A stretch of 64,000 nucleotides of DNA, from positions 94,667-158,666 of the forward strand of contig WQXN01000002.1 of NCBI GenBank assembly GCA_009784815.1, written 5' to 3'. The stretch comes from Alphaproteobacteria bacterium. Its GTDB lineage: Bacteria > Pseudomonadota > Alphaproteobacteria > Rs-D84. How positions within the stretch are numbered: the first letter of the stretch is position 1; the number at the start of each line of letters is the position of its first letter. Positions 17,011 through 29,375 of this stretch are shown here, piece after piece. Made by a program: the position numbers and the translations under genes. Under the pieces are notes generated by a model. The model saw only the letters and a list, made by a program, of their open reading frames with translations, was not told the origin of the DNA and did no database searches.

Positions 17011-18546
17011 CTAAACCCTAAACTTACCTCGATTGACGGGCCTGTAAGACAACGCCTCTGCTATATCGTCCATTATTATGCCGTCATCCGCGCGCAAGTC
17101 CGCAATCGTGCGCGCGATTCGCAAAGTGCGGTTATACCCTCGCGCCGACAACGCCATCTTCTCGGCGGACATATTAAGAAAATCGCGCAGCTCGGGTTCA
17201 AGCTTTGTGGCCGCCTCCAGCTCTCGCCCGTCCAAACGCGCGTTCAGGATTTCTTTCCCGAATAATTTCATGCTTCGCGCCGTCATGCGTTCGCGCGCGG
17301 CAACGGTCCGTTTCCGAACATCGGCCGAAGTTTCTTCTGTTCCCTCAATCTTTCCCAAATCCCAAGGGTTCACTGCGTCGACCTCGACGTGCAAATCTAT
17401 TCGATCCATCAGCGGGCCGGAAATCTTGGACTGGTAAGCCTCGGCGCACCGCGGAGCCTTAGTGCAAGAAAGCTTAGCGTTCCCAAGATGCCCGCAAGGG
17501 CAGGGGTTCATAGCGGCGATCAGCTGAAACTCGGCCGGATAAGTCGCGCTTTTCTTGGCGCGCGAAATTGTGATTCCTCCGGTCTCCATAGGCTGCCGCA
17601 AAACCTCCAAAGTTCCGCGTTGAAATTCTGGCAACTCGTCCAAAAACAGAACGCCGTTGTTAGCCAAAGAAATTTCGCCGGGCGTCGCGCCGGACCCGCC
17701 TCCTGACAGTGCGATTTGACTTGCGGTATGGTGAACGTTGCGGAACGGTCGCTGGGAAATCAATCCTCCTCCGCCAAGCAGCCCGGCGACGGAATAAATT
17801 TCGCTTGTCTGCAGAATTTCGCGCGCGGTCATGGGCGGCAATATGCCGCCAAGCCTCGAAGCCAGCATACTCTTTCCGGCTCCTGGCGGTCCGACCATAA
17901 GCATCGCGTGCCCTCCGGCGGCCGCGATCTCCAAAGCGCGTTTCGCTGCGGCCTGACCCTTTATTTCGGACATATCCGGTCTGCTTGCGGCCTTATCTTC
18001 GCGTTCTCCGCCGTCATCTTCTGGAATCGGCAAAGTGGACGTGCCCCTGAAATGATTTATAAGTGCCATTATGTGCTTTGGTGCCAAAATGTCCGAGTTG
18101 CCTGATCGTTTGGCCTCTCCGCCTTGCGCCGCCGGGCATATTATCCCAAGCCCGTTTTCCTCGGCCCACATTCCTGCGGGCAAAACTCCGCTGGCCCGAA
18201 GTATCGAGCCGTCCAACCCGATCTCACCCATTATGATGTATTTGGACAGCGCGTCCTTAGGCAACACCCCCATGGCGTCCAATACGGCGCACAATATGGG
18301 TAAATCGAAATGCGATCCTGATTTTTCCAAATCCGCGGGGGCAAGATTTACGGTAAGCTTTTTGGCGGGCAAACTAAGATTGATCGCGGCCAAAGTAGAT
18401 TCGATTCGTGCCGAAGCCTCCTTAACGGCGCGGTCGGCCAATCCTACGATTGAAAACCGTGGAAGTCCGGGCGAAATCTGCGCCTGCACATTGACCCTTG
18501 TCCTCTCAAGCCCGTTGAACACTACTGAATTTACATTTGCCGTCAT
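17011..18546 (-). CDS. YifB/ComM family Mg-chelatase-like ATPase
   Basis: Lon-like N-terminal domain and GPPGAGKS Walker A. 511 aa. Confidence 0.9.
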   Translation of the reverse strand: MTANVNSVVFNGLERTRVNVQAQISPGLPRFSIVGLADRAVKEASARIESTLAAINLSLPAKKLTVNLAPADLEKSGSHFDLPILCAVLDAMGVLPKDALSKYIIMGEIGLDGSILRASGVLPAGMWAEENGLGIICPAAQGGEAKRSGNSDILAPKHIMALINHFRGTSTLPIPEDDGGEREDKAASRPDMSEIKGQAAAKRALEIAAAGGHAMLMVGPPGAGKSMLASRLGGILPPMTAREILQTSEIYSVAGLLGGGGLISQRPFRNVHHTASQIALSGGGSGATPGEISLANNGVLFLDELPEFQRGTLEVLRQPMETGGITISRAKKSATYPAEFQLIAAMNPCPCGHLGNAKLSCTKAPRCAEAYQSKISGPLMDRIDLHVEVDAVNPWDLGKIEGTEETSADVRKRTVAARERMTARSMKLFGKEILNARLDGRELEAATKLEPELRDFLNMSAEKMALSARGYNRTLRIARTIADLRADDGIIMDDIAEALSYRPVNRGKFRV

Positions 18547-18645
18547 TTTTCCTCTAGTCTTTATTCCTAGGATACTACACTTTTCCCTTTACATATACAA
18601 TCAGTTTTTGTTAGCATGCCCGTAACCCAATGAAGGAGAAATCAT

Positions 18646-19134
18646 ATGGCCAAAAAAACTGTTAAGAAAAAAGTAACCAAAGCGGCCGCAAAACCCGCCG
18701 TTGCCGCCAAGGCTCCGGTCGCTGCTGCCGTGAAACCCGCCGTCGCTGGCTGTGGCTGCGGAACCGGTTGCGCCTGCAAAGGCCGCGTCTGGAAGAAAAT
18801 CCTGCTCGTGATAGTGATATTCGCGCTTGGATTCGCAACCTGCGTCGCGCTTTGCAAAGGCAAGTGCAAGAAACACCTGATGGGCGGCAAACACCATGTT
18901 GCTCAAAAGGGCGCTCCGTTGTTCGATAAGAACGGCTGCCTGAACATAGACCGCGTCCGCGGCAAATTCACGGCCGAGCAGATTCGCGCCGCCGACACGA
19001 ACGGCGACGGCTGCATCACGCGTGAAGAGTTCCGCAATATCGGAGCCACCGAAGCTGCGCCTCAAAAGCGCGCCGGCGGTCAGGGTGGACAGGGCCAGCA
19101 GCGCCGCGTCCGCAAACCTGCCTCCCAGAACTAA
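18646..19134 (+). CDS. membrane protein with a Lys/Ala-rich N-terminus, Cys cluster and canonical EF-hand loop
   Basis: AKKTVKKKVTKAAAKPAVAAKAP..., then CGCGTGCAC, then a TM segment (ILLVIVIFALGFATCVAL). DTNGDGCITREE at nt 18994..19029 fits D-x-N-x-D-G-x-I-x-x-x-E exactly. Confidence 0.7.
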   Translation: MAKKTVKKKVTKAAAKPAVAAKAPVAAAVKPAVAGCGCGTGCACKGRVWKKILLVIVIFALGFATCVALCKGKCKKHLMGGKHHVAQKGAPLFDKNGCLNIDRVRGKFTAEQIRAADTNGDGCITREEFRNIGATEAAPQKRAGGQGGQGQQRRVRKPASQN

Positions 19135-19143
19135 TAGCTTTAT

Positions 19144-19199
19144 GTCATTCCCGCATAGGCGGGAATCTCATATTGTACAAGGTTGTCGGCTTTGCCGAC
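19144..19199. repeat. hairpin repeat, type I copy plus a second hairpin
   Basis: GTCATTCCCGC-ATAG-GCGGGAATCTC followed by GTCGGCTTTGCCGAC. Confidence 0.5.
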
Positions 19200-19244
19200 A
19201 CCTTTTTTCATTGAATTTTTTAAATTTGCCGTCATAATACCCAC

Positions 19245-20132
19245 ATGACTAAATTCGGCTTTATCGCAATAATCGGCCCGACCAACGCGGGCAAATCTAC
19301 GCTTATCAATTCAATAATGGGGCGCAAGGTGTCAATCGTCTCGCACAAAGTGCAAACTACGCGCACCCGGCTTCGCGCCGTCAAAATGGTTGGCTCCGCC
19401 CAGCTGGTGTTCGTGGACACGCCGGGGATTTTCAGACCGGCGCGCCGATTGGACAAAGCCATGGTGTCAAGCGCCTGGAGCGCGTTCGGGGAATCGGACG
19501 CAACCCTTCTGATCATAGACGCGAAACACGGAATCACGGACACGGTGCGTCAGATAATCGAAAAAATAAAAGATAAAAAGAACCTGTTTGCGGCTTTGAA
19601 TAAAGTCGACGCGGTGCCCAAGGAAAAACTGCTGCCGATTGCTGCGGAACTGATGACTCTGGCGCCGTTTTCGGAAATCTTTATGATCTCGGCGTTAAAA
19701 AACAAGGGCACGGAAAAAATGCTTGAATCGCTGGCGGCGGTCATGCCCCAAGGTCCGTATATGTTCGACGCGACCGACGCGACCGACGTGCCGGATAATA
19801 TCTTCCTTGCGGAAATAACGCGCGAGAAAGTGTATAAATACCTTCACCAGGAACTGCCGTACAATATCCATGTAAGAACGGACAAAGCGGAATACGACTC
19901 TGAAAATGTCTTGGAAATCATGCAAACGGTTTTAGTGGCGAAAGAATCTCAAAAGAAAATCGTGGTGGGCAAAGCGGGATCCAAACTTCAGCAAATAGGC
20001 ACGGCGGCTCGGCTTGCGATCCAGAACGAATGGGGCGTAAACGCAAGACTGAAACTGTTCGTAAAAGTGGACGAAAACTGGCAGGACGACCCCGAATCCT
20101 ACGAAGAACAAGGCCTGGAATTCAAAAAATAA
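19245..20132 (+). CDS. era: GTPase Era
   Basis: GPTNAGKST, DTPG and a C-terminal KH domain. Confidence 0.95.
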   Translation: MTKFGFIAIIGPTNAGKSTLINSIMGRKVSIVSHKVQTTRTRLRAVKMVGSAQLVFVDTPGIFRPARRLDKAMVSSAWSAFGESDATLLIIDAKHGITDTVRQIIEKIKDKKNLFAALNKVDAVPKEKLLPIAAELMTLAPFSEIFMISALKNKGTEKMLESLAAVMPQGPYMFDATDATDVPDNIFLAEITREKVYKYLHQELPYNIHVRTDKAEYDSENVLEIMQTVLVAKESQKKIVVGKAGSKLQQIGTAARLAIQNEWGVNARLKLFVKVDENWQDDPESYEEQGLEFKK

Positions 20133-20139
20133 ATAATAA

Positions 20140-21131
20140 ATGCTTGTATCCGACTTCGATTTTGATCTGCCTACGGAACTGATAGCGTCGCGTCCTCTCG
20201 CGGATCGTTCTGCTTCCCGCATGCTTGTAATAGAATCGGGCATAAAAGACGACCTCATATCAAACTTCCCGAAATACTTGCAACCCGGCGACGTTGTGGT
20301 GATGAACGATTCGAAAGTCATCCCGTCTCGCTTCACCGCCACCGCCGCGAACGGCCATGCTTACGAAATCACCCTCCATACCTCGATCGATGGGGTATGG
20401 CAGGGCCTGGCCAAAAAATTCCAACAACTTGAACCCGGCGAACTATTGACGCTTTCCGACGGAACGAAAATAAAAATTTTGGCCAAGGACGACGACGGAC
20501 TCGCGCTTGAATTTTTAACCGGCGACGTTTTCGCAACTCTGGACCGCGTGGGCAAAATCCCGCTTCCTCCATACATGAAACGCCAAGACGACGAACAAGA
20601 CCGCGACCGTTATCAAACTGTATATGCGGATAAACCTGGTTCTATGGCGGCTCCGACGGCTGGGCTTCACTTCACGCCCGAACTGCTGAACGCGATCAGG
20701 GCGGCTGGTGCGAAAATAGTAAAAATTACATTGCACGTGGGCGCGGGAACTTTCCTGCCGGTAAAATCTGAAGACACGGCGAACCACAAAATGCATTCGG
20801 AATTCGGAGTGATCACGCCCGAACAATCCGCCATAATAAATTCGGCAACCCGGGTGATCGCAATCGGCACCACTTCCTTGCGCCTCCTTGAAAGCTCTGG
20901 TGGAAAACCTTTTTCCGGCACGACCGACATATTTATAACGCCGGGCTATAAATTTAAAGTGGTTGATGTGCTGCTTACGAATTTTCACCTACCGAAATCG
21001 ACGCTGTTTATGTTGGTGTCGGCCTTTGCGGGCCTGCCCGAAATGAAATCCGCCTACGCTCACGCGATCATGCAAAGCTATCGCTTCTTTTCCTACGGCG
21101 ACTGCTGCCTCATATATAAAAAGGAGCCATA

Positions 21132-21132
<1 letters not shown>
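20140..21132 (+). CDS. queA: S-adenosylmethionine:tRNA ribosyltransferase-isomerase
   Basis: SDFDFDLPTELIA N-terminus. 330 aa. Confidence 0.95.
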
Positions 21133-23520
<2,388 letters not shown>

Positions 23521-23521
<1 letters not shown>

Positions 23522-24450
23522 TGCCGAAATCCAAAAAAGAAATCCAAGTGATCGACCAAGGCGGCGCGAAAACCGTCGCGAAAAAAACATCCTTCGTCAC
23601 ACGGGTAAGAATCCTGTTCGCAATATTCGCGGTGCTTTGGATTGCGGCCTTCGCGACGATACCTTTGTACATCAAGTCGCAATACGCGGAACCGATCAAG
23701 AAATCTATCGTGGTTGGAATGTTCTTCGACCTTCAGCGCCAGATCAACAAACAGTACGAAAATATGCTGGCCCAAATTAAGAAAAATATAAATCTTGAAA
23801 AGCCGATAAACATGGCGATCGACAAGATGAAGATCGCGGACAAGGGAACCGCCGCTGTACAGCAGCAAACCGCGAAAGCCACCGCCGCCACAACCCGTGT
23901 CACGAACGTCACCGGAAGACTCGGCGTGCAAACTCCGACGGCGGTGAACCAAGCGCAGGCGGCTGTCGCGAAAGTCGATAATACGGCGTCCCAAGTGAAC
24001 GCCCAGCTGGACAAAGTGCGCGCGGAACTGCATAAGACGGCGCAAATGGAAGTCGACAAAATGATCGACGAAGAAATAAGGAAAGTGGCCAACAGGGGCC
24101 TCGGCGGACTTGGCGACACCTTGCTTACGAACTATGGCATCAAACGCGTCTACCCGTGGCGCCCAAGCAGCTGGCCGGTCGCGGAAAGAATCTACGCCGA
24201 CCTCGAACGTTCATCCAGCGGCACGCTAACCACTCTGATGGGCACTGTGAACAGTTACTTCGGCTACGTCGCCTGGGGTCTTGTGGGCTTGGTATGGCTG
24301 ATCGGTTTGATCGGATTGCTTTATATAAAAGGCAAAGTCAGCCTGATTACGAAACCGTTCATAGTCTGCCAGCGCTGCGGCCACACCTTTTCGGACCGCC
24401 GCACGGCCATGGGTATCCTGAAAGTTTTCAAACCATGGAAATGGATTTAA
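23521..24450 (+). CDS. hypothetical membrane protein with a coiled-coil region
   Basis: RBS AAGGAG. N-terminal TM segment, Q/A/T-rich central region, C-terminal TM segment, then CQRCGH. Confidence 0.65.
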
Positions 24451-24451
24451 C

Positions 24452-24479
24452 TTGATTTTCTGCGAAACGCCGTTATAAT
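24452..24479 (+). promoter_or_regulatory. putative sigma70 promoter of rpsF-rpsR-rplI
   Basis: TTGATT (24452..24457), N16, TATAAT (24474..24479). A leader of about 55 nt precedes ATG 24540. Confidence 0.5.
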
Positions 24480-24539
24480 GCTTCCATTCCTGCCCACGGA
24501 AATAGTTTCGCGGGCGATTAAACCCAAAGGAGTCGCCGA

Positions 24540-24875
24540 ATGGCATTCTACGAAAACGTCATCGTTTTCAGGCAAGACCTGACCGATGCCCAAGTCCGCG
24601 AGAAGGCGGACAAATTCGCAAACATAATAAAAGAGCTGGGCGGAAAAATTACGCTTACCGAATTCTGGGGTCTTCGCACTCTGGCCTACGTTATCCGCAA
24701 GAACAAGAAAGCTCACTACGTAATGTTCGGTACTTCTATACCGGGCGAAAACCTGGCCGAGTACGAGCGTAAACTCCGCATCGACGAAGACGTGATCCGT
24801 TTCTTGAACGTTCGCGTTGAAGAAGCGCCCAAAGGCCCGACAATAATGATGAAAAGCACGGAAGAGGTGGCATAA
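24540..24875 (+). CDS. rpsF: 30S ribosomal protein S6
   Basis: [14 protein letters not shown]..., 111 aa. Confidence 0.95.
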   Translation: MAFYENVIVFRQDLTDAQVREKADKFANIIKELGGKITLTEFWGLRTLAYVIRKNKKAHYVMFGTSIPGENLAEYERKLRIDEDVIRFLNVRVEEAPKGPTIMMKSTEEVA

Positions 24876-25102
24876 TGGCAGTCCGCACCGCAGTATACAG
24901 AAAAAAATCGAACCCCCTAAAGGGAAAGAAAATCGACTACAAGGACAAGAATCTGCTGGAAAGATACGTGTCCGAGCGCGGCAAAATAGTGCCCTCGCGC
25001 ATATCGGGCGCATCCCAAAAAGACCAGCGTGCTTTGGCCCGCGCGATCAAGCGCGCGCGTCACATCGGCCTGATCCCGTTCGTCCGCAACAACATAGGAT
25101 AA
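24875..25102 (+). CDS. rpsR: 30S ribosomal protein S18
   Basis: 75 aa. [15 protein letters not shown]. Confidence 0.95.
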   Translation: MAVRTAVYRKKSNPLKGKKIDYKDKNLLERYVSERGKIVPSRISGASQKDQRALARAIKRARHIGLIPFVRNNIG

Positions 25103-25106
25103 TATC

Positions 25107-25667
25107 ATGAAGGTAATACTCAGCGAAAAAATACTTAAACTTGGCAACATCGGCGACGTGGTGAAAGTCGCGACGGGATTCGCCAGAAACTTTTTGCTGC
25201 CCAAAGGCAAAGCAGTGCGCTTCTCGAAAGAAAGCGCCGCCGCGTTTGAAGGCAAAAGAAAGGAACTGGAAGCTCGTCAGGCCGATATGAAATCAACCGC
25301 GGATAAAGACGCGAAAAAAGTTACCGCCGCCAAAATTAAAATGGTGCGTCAAGCGGGTGACACGGGCCACCTCTACGGTTCGGTCTCAAGCCGCGACCTG
25401 GCGAAAGCCCTAAAGGAAACCGCCGGGGTCGAAGTCGAAAGCGCGCAAGTCATGCTTGGCAACCCGATTAAATCGATCGGCGCGTACGAAGTGAAAATAC
25501 AGCTGCACGCGGACGTGATCGTGCCGGTGAAAGTCTACGTCGCCCAAACGGACGAAGAAATCCAGGCGCTGGTGGAAGGCAAATCGATAGCCAAAGACGC
25601 CCCCAAGGAAGAACCGAAACCGGCGGAAGAAAAACCCGATGCCAAGCCTGTCGAATCCAAGGAATAA
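25107..25667 (+). CDS. rplI: 50S ribosomal protein L9
   Basis: MKVILSEKILKLGNIGDVVKV..., with an acidic C-terminal tail. Confidence 0.95.
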   Translation: MKVILSEKILKLGNIGDVVKVATGFARNFLLPKGKAVRFSKESAAAFEGKRKELEARQADMKSTADKDAKKVTAAKIKMVRQAGDTGHLYGSVSSRDLAKALKETAGVEVESAQVMLGNPIKSIGAYEVKIQLHADVIVPVKVYVAQTDEEIQALVEGKSIAKDAPKEEPKPAEEKPDAKPVESKE

Positions 25668-25674
25668 CTGGAAT

Positions 25675-25706
25675 AAAAAATGCCGGTTTTAAGACCGGCA
25701 TTTTTC
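25675..25706. terminator. bidirectional rho-independent terminator
   Basis: AAAAAA-TGCCGGT-TTTAAG-ACCGGCA-TTTTT between convergent rplI and pth. The pth stop codon lies in the loop. Confidence 0.7.
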
Positions 25707-26177
25707 TTTTATTATATCGGGCACCGAACTTATGTCGATTTTCGGCGCTTTGCCCAAAACCCAGTCGCTTACTTCCATAAGCGGGCTTTCCGAATCGCGC
25801 GGATGCCCGACTCCGATGCGAATGCGAAAATATTCCTGCCCGACTTTTTCGTCTATGTCTTTAAGTCCGTTGTGCCCGCCGGTTCCGCCTCCGATCTTGG
25901 TGCGTATTTCTCCGATCGGCAGATCTATGTCGTCGTGAATTACGATTACGCGCTCCAAAGGAATTTTATAAAACGCCATAAGTTCCTGGACCGCGCCTCC
26001 GGACAAATTCATAAACGTCTGCGGCTTTGCGATTATCATGCCGTCCGTTTTTGCCACCAGCGAACTTTTGAATTTTTTAAATTCCTCGCCGCCCGCCGTC
26101 AAATCTGCGGCCTCGAACCCAAGGTTGTGCCTTGTGCCGTTATACCCCGGATTTCCTAATCCCACCACCAACCACAT
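25689..26177 (-). CDS. pth: peptidyl-tRNA hydrolase
   Basis: VVGLGNPG..YNGTRHNLGF. Short at 162 aa. Confidence 0.9.
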   Translation of the reverse strand: MWLVVGLGNPGYNGTRHNLGFEAADLTAGGEEFKKFKSSLVAKTDGMIIAKPQTFMNLSGGAVQELMAFYKIPLERVIVIHDDIDLPIGEIRTKIGGGTGGHNGLKDIDEKVGQEYFRIRIGVGHPRDSESPLMEVSDWVLGKAPKIDISSVPDIIKEKCRS

Positions 26178-26242
26178 AATTTTTCCTTTGACTTATCACG
26201 CTAATCATAGCACTCTATTATTACGAAACCAAGGAGAAAAAA

Positions 26243-26779
26243 ATGAAAAAATTAGCAATTATTGCCGCTGCAGCCGCCATGGCGATGCCGTTGCAAGCCA
26301 ACGCGATCGGCATATACGCGGGAGTTTCCGGCGGCCAAGGCAATGCGTATTTCAGCGGCAACAACTTCAGTAACACGAATTTCAGCGAACTGGGCGTCCA
26401 CGCAGGCGCCAAAGTAATGTTTGCTCGCGCGGAAATTGAATACGCAAGAATGTTCGGCAGTGACATCGCGGCGGGTCTTGGCATGATTAACTTTTACGGC
26501 GAGCCGTTTCCATTCATACCATTCCTAAGCCCTTACTTCGGCGCGGGATTCGGCCGCGTGTTTGATGCCAAGGTCGACGATGTAAAACTAAGCGGCAACA
26601 ACGCGGCGCAAGCTATGCTTGGCACGGGCCTGTCGTTCCCTGGCTTTCCGGTAAGATTCGACGCCGAGCTAAGATCGATATTCACCGGCAAACTTAAACC
26701 CAAGGATTCGTCGCTTGACATAGACGGCGCGAATATGATCACCCTGGGCGTCCGCATCAAAGCCAGCTACGTATTCTAA
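26243..26779 (+). CDS. small outer-membrane beta-barrel protein
   Basis: Signal peptide MKKLAIIAAAAAMAMPLQANA. C-terminal ...IKASYVF. Confidence 0.75.
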   Translation: MKKLAIIAAAAAMAMPLQANAIGIYAGVSGGQGNAYFSGNNFSNTNFSELGVHAGAKVMFARAEIEYARMFGSDIAAGLGMINFYGEPFPFIPFLSPYFGAGFGRVFDAKVDDVKLSGNNAAQAMLGTGLSFPGFPVRFDAELRSIFTGKLKPKDSSLDIDGANMITLGVRIKASYVF

Positions 26780-26785
26780 AAAAAA

Positions 26786-26817
26786 GTTGTCATCCCGGGC
26801 CAAGACCCGGGATCTCC
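26786..26817. repeat. hairpin repeat, type I
   Basis: GTTGTCATCCCGGG-CCAAGA-CCCGGGATCTCC preceded by an A8 run. Near-identical in layout to the copy at 47298..47328. Confidence 0.55.
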
Positions 26818-26837
26818 TTCTACAAGCAGAGCATAAA

Positions 26838-29345
26838 ATGCTAACAATAATCGACGGAAATAGTTTATTGTTCCGTGCCTTTTACGGGATCAAGGGGAAT
26901 CTGACGCGCCGCGACGGAACTCCGACGAACGCGCTGTACGGCTTCTGCACGATGATCCTGAATCTGCTTGCCAAAGCGGGGCCGGGCGACAGTTTCGCGG
27001 TTGCGTTCGACGCGTCGCGCAAAAATTTCCGTCATGAAATCTACGCGGATTATAAGGCTAATAGAACGGCTATGCCGGACGCGCTTGCGGCGCAGTTGTC
27101 GCTCAGCCGCGCCGCTGTCCGCGCCATGGGGGTCGAGTGTTTGGAAATCGAAGGCTTCGAAGCCGACGACATAATCGCGACCTTGGCCAAACGCGAATGC
27201 GGCGGCGACGGACATATAAGAATAGTATCCGGCGACAAGGACCTTATGCAGTTGATCTCGGACTGCTGCACGCTCTACGACGGCATGAAAGAGCAGGTGA
27301 TCACAAAAGCCGAAGCGACCGAAAAATTCGGCGTCCCGCCCGAAAGAATACTGGACTTCCAAGCGATAGTGGGCGACAGCACGGATAATATTCCTGGTGT
27401 CCCGGGCCTTGGCCCCAAAGCTGCGACTAAACTGCTGACCGAATTCGATACCCTGGACGGAATCTACGCTAACATCGACCAAGTGTTGCCCGACCGCGCG
27501 CGCAATCTGCTGATCGAATATAAAAACCTTGCCTATATATCCAAACAACTCGCCGCGTTAAGCTCCGACGCGCCCGTGCCGCAAGACGCGGGTACGCATA
27601 AATGGAAACCCGATCTTGATGCGATGACGAACTTTTTCCAGAACGAACTCGAAAGCCCATCCCTCGTCTCCCGCGCCAAAAAACTATTCTTAAATGAATT
27701 GTCATCCCAGGCAACCGGCGAAGTCGCGCGACCGGAAATATCGTCCGAATCACTCGAACAATTCCTTCCCCTAATAAAAGACGTGCTAGCAATTGTAATA
27801 GAACACAGCGGTGCGAACTACATGACCGGCCGCATGACAAGCATAACGCTCGCAACCGAAAGCGCGTCGATAAAAATACCTCTCGGCCTGTCCGCGACCT
27901 CGCTGTTCGACTCGGCTCCCTCGGCCGACATCTCGGCGTTAAAGCCGGTGCTTGAAAATCCGAACATAATAAAAATTGCATCCAACTGGAAATTCATGCT
28001 TCACATATTCCAGAACTCTGGATTTGAAGCGCTTAAAATCGGGCCTTTGGCGGACACTTCGCTTATGGCCTACTCGCTTCGGTTTCACGCGCACGAACAC
28101 GAAAATCTGATAAATCTTTACGAAGATCTAAAATCGCGACTGAATGCAAATTCGAAATTAAGGCATATATACGAAACCTGCGACGCTCCATTGCTGAAAG
28201 TTTTATGGAAAATCGAACGGGCGGGGGTGGCGCTTGACCGCGAAGCTTTGGCTAAACTGTCGGCCCGGCTTCACGAAAGATTGCAGGCGACCGAATCGGA
28301 AATATACGATCTTGCGGGCGGCGACAAAATAAATCTTGCCTCGCCTCAACAGCTGGCGCAATTATTGTTCACTAAACTTGGCATAAAAAATCCTAAAAAG
28401 AATTCGACTGACGCGTCGGTCCTTGGGGCAATAATTGCCGAGCACGCAATAATCCCAAAAGTCCTGGAATGGCGGCGTCTGGCGAAATTGATAGGAACCT
28501 ATACCGACGCGCTTCCTAAATCCGTGGCGGCCGACGGCCGGATCCATACGACCTTTCTTCAAACTTCGACGAATACGGGCCGTCTTTCCAGCGAAAAACC
28601 TAACCTCCAAAACATTCCCGTCAAGGGCGATGAAGGCGCAAACCTAAGGGGCTGCTTCGTCCCCGCCAAGGGATACAAATTCGTAATCGCGGACTACTCG
28701 CAAATACAACTAAGACTGCTTGCGGACATCGCGCACGTCGCGGGCCTGAAACAGATTTTCGCATCGGGGAAAGATATACACAGCATGACCGCGCATAAGA
28801 TTTTCGGCGCGCCTCTGGACAAGATCACGCCGGCAGAACGTCGCAAAGCCAAAACGGTTAACTTCTCGATCTCGTACGGAGTATCGGCCTTCGGCCTAGC
28901 TCAACAGCTGGACATATCTAATTCCGAAGCGCAAAAACTGATAGACGCCTACTTTGAAGCCTTCCCCGAAATCAAAGCGTATAATGAAAACATCGCGGCC
29001 TTTGCGAAAGAGCACGCTTACGTCGAAACTCCGATGGGCCGCAGGGTGGATCTGCCGGAAATCCGTCATCCTGCGACGCGCGCCTACGCGATCCGCGCGG
29101 CGGTGAACGCGCCGATCCAAGGGGCCGAAGCGGACCTTGTGCGCCTTGCGACGATAAAAGTTGATGAAGTATTGGAAAATACGGGCGCGCGTCTGGTGCT
29201 CCAAGTCCATGACGAACTTGTGGCGGAAGTCCCCGATGATAAGGCCGAAGAAATCGCGGATAAAATAAAGACCGCTATGGAGCATATAACCAAGCTCTCG
29301 ATTCCTCTGACTTCCGGCGCAATCATAAGCAATAAACTTGAATAA
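26838..29345 (+). CDS. polA: DNA polymerase I
   Basis: 5'-nuclease N-terminus (LLFRAFYG), polymerase motifs (DYSQIELR-like ADYSQIQLRLLA, QVHDELV). The track start at 26787 reads through the hairpin repeat, so ATG 26838 is preferred. Confidence 0.95.
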   Translation: MLTIIDGNSLLFRAFYGIKGNLTRRDGTPTNALYGFCTMILNLLAKAGPGDSFAVAFDASRKNFRHEIYADYKANRTAMPDALAAQLSLSRAAVRAMGVECLEIEGFEADDIIATLAKRECGGDGHIRIVSGDKDLMQLISDCCTLYDGMKEQVITKAEATEKFGVPPERILDFQAIVGDSTDNIPGVPGLGPKAATKLLTEFDTLDGIYANIDQVLPDRARNLLIEYKNLAYISKQLAALSSDAPVPQDAGTHKWKPDLDAMTNFFQNELESPSLVSRAKKLFLNELSSQATGEVARPEISSESLEQFLPLIKDVLAIVIEHSGANYMTGRMTSITLATESASIKIPLGLSATSLFDSAPSADISALKPVLENPNIIKIASNWKFMLHIFQNSGFEALKIGPLADTSLMAYSLRFHAHEHENLINLYEDLKSRLNANSKLRHIYETCDAPLLKVLWKIERAGVALDREALAKLSARLHERLQATESEIYDLAGGDKINLASPQQLAQLLFTKLGIKNPKKNSTDASVLGAIIAEHAIIPKVLEWRRLAKLIGTYTDALPKSVAADGRIHTTFLQTSTNTGRLSSEKPNLQNIPVKGDEGANLRGCFVPAKGYKFVIADYSQIQLRLLADIAHVAGLKQIFASGKDIHSMTAHKIFGAPLDKITPAERRKAKTVNFSISYGVSAFGLAQQLDISNSEAQKLIDAYFEAFPEIKAYNENIAAFAKEHAYVETPMGRRVDLPEIRHPATRAYAIRAAVNAPIQGAEADLVRLATIKVDEVLENTGARLVLQVHDELVAEVPDDKAEEIADKIKTAMEHITKLSIPLTSGAIISNKLE

Positions 29346-29366
29346 TTGAAAATTGTCATGTATAAT
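29338..29366 (+). promoter_or_regulatory. sigma70 promoter of tRNA-Thr
   Basis: TTGAAT (29338..29343), N17, TATAAT (29361..29366), 9 nt before the tRNA 5' end. Confidence 0.6.
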
Positions 29367-29375
29367 CCGGCTTAT

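Noticed and set aside
18601-19065. A 154-aa ORF antisense to the EF-hand protein gene, plus ORF 19022..19237 (+).
   Set aside because: The first is a shadow frame of a GC-rich, Ala/Lys-rich gene. The second is produced by reading through the type I hairpin repeat (the SFPHRRESH artefact).
26787-26837. N-terminal extensions in the track for polA (26787), eno (45940), nifJ (41145), gap (55483), OMP 12148, LOG 13606, lemA 32779, rlpA 32816 and 47313.
   Set aside because: The extensions cross hairpin repeats or the upstream gene, or begin at TTG. Internal ATGs with AAGGA/GGAGG-type RBS match the canonical protein N-termini.
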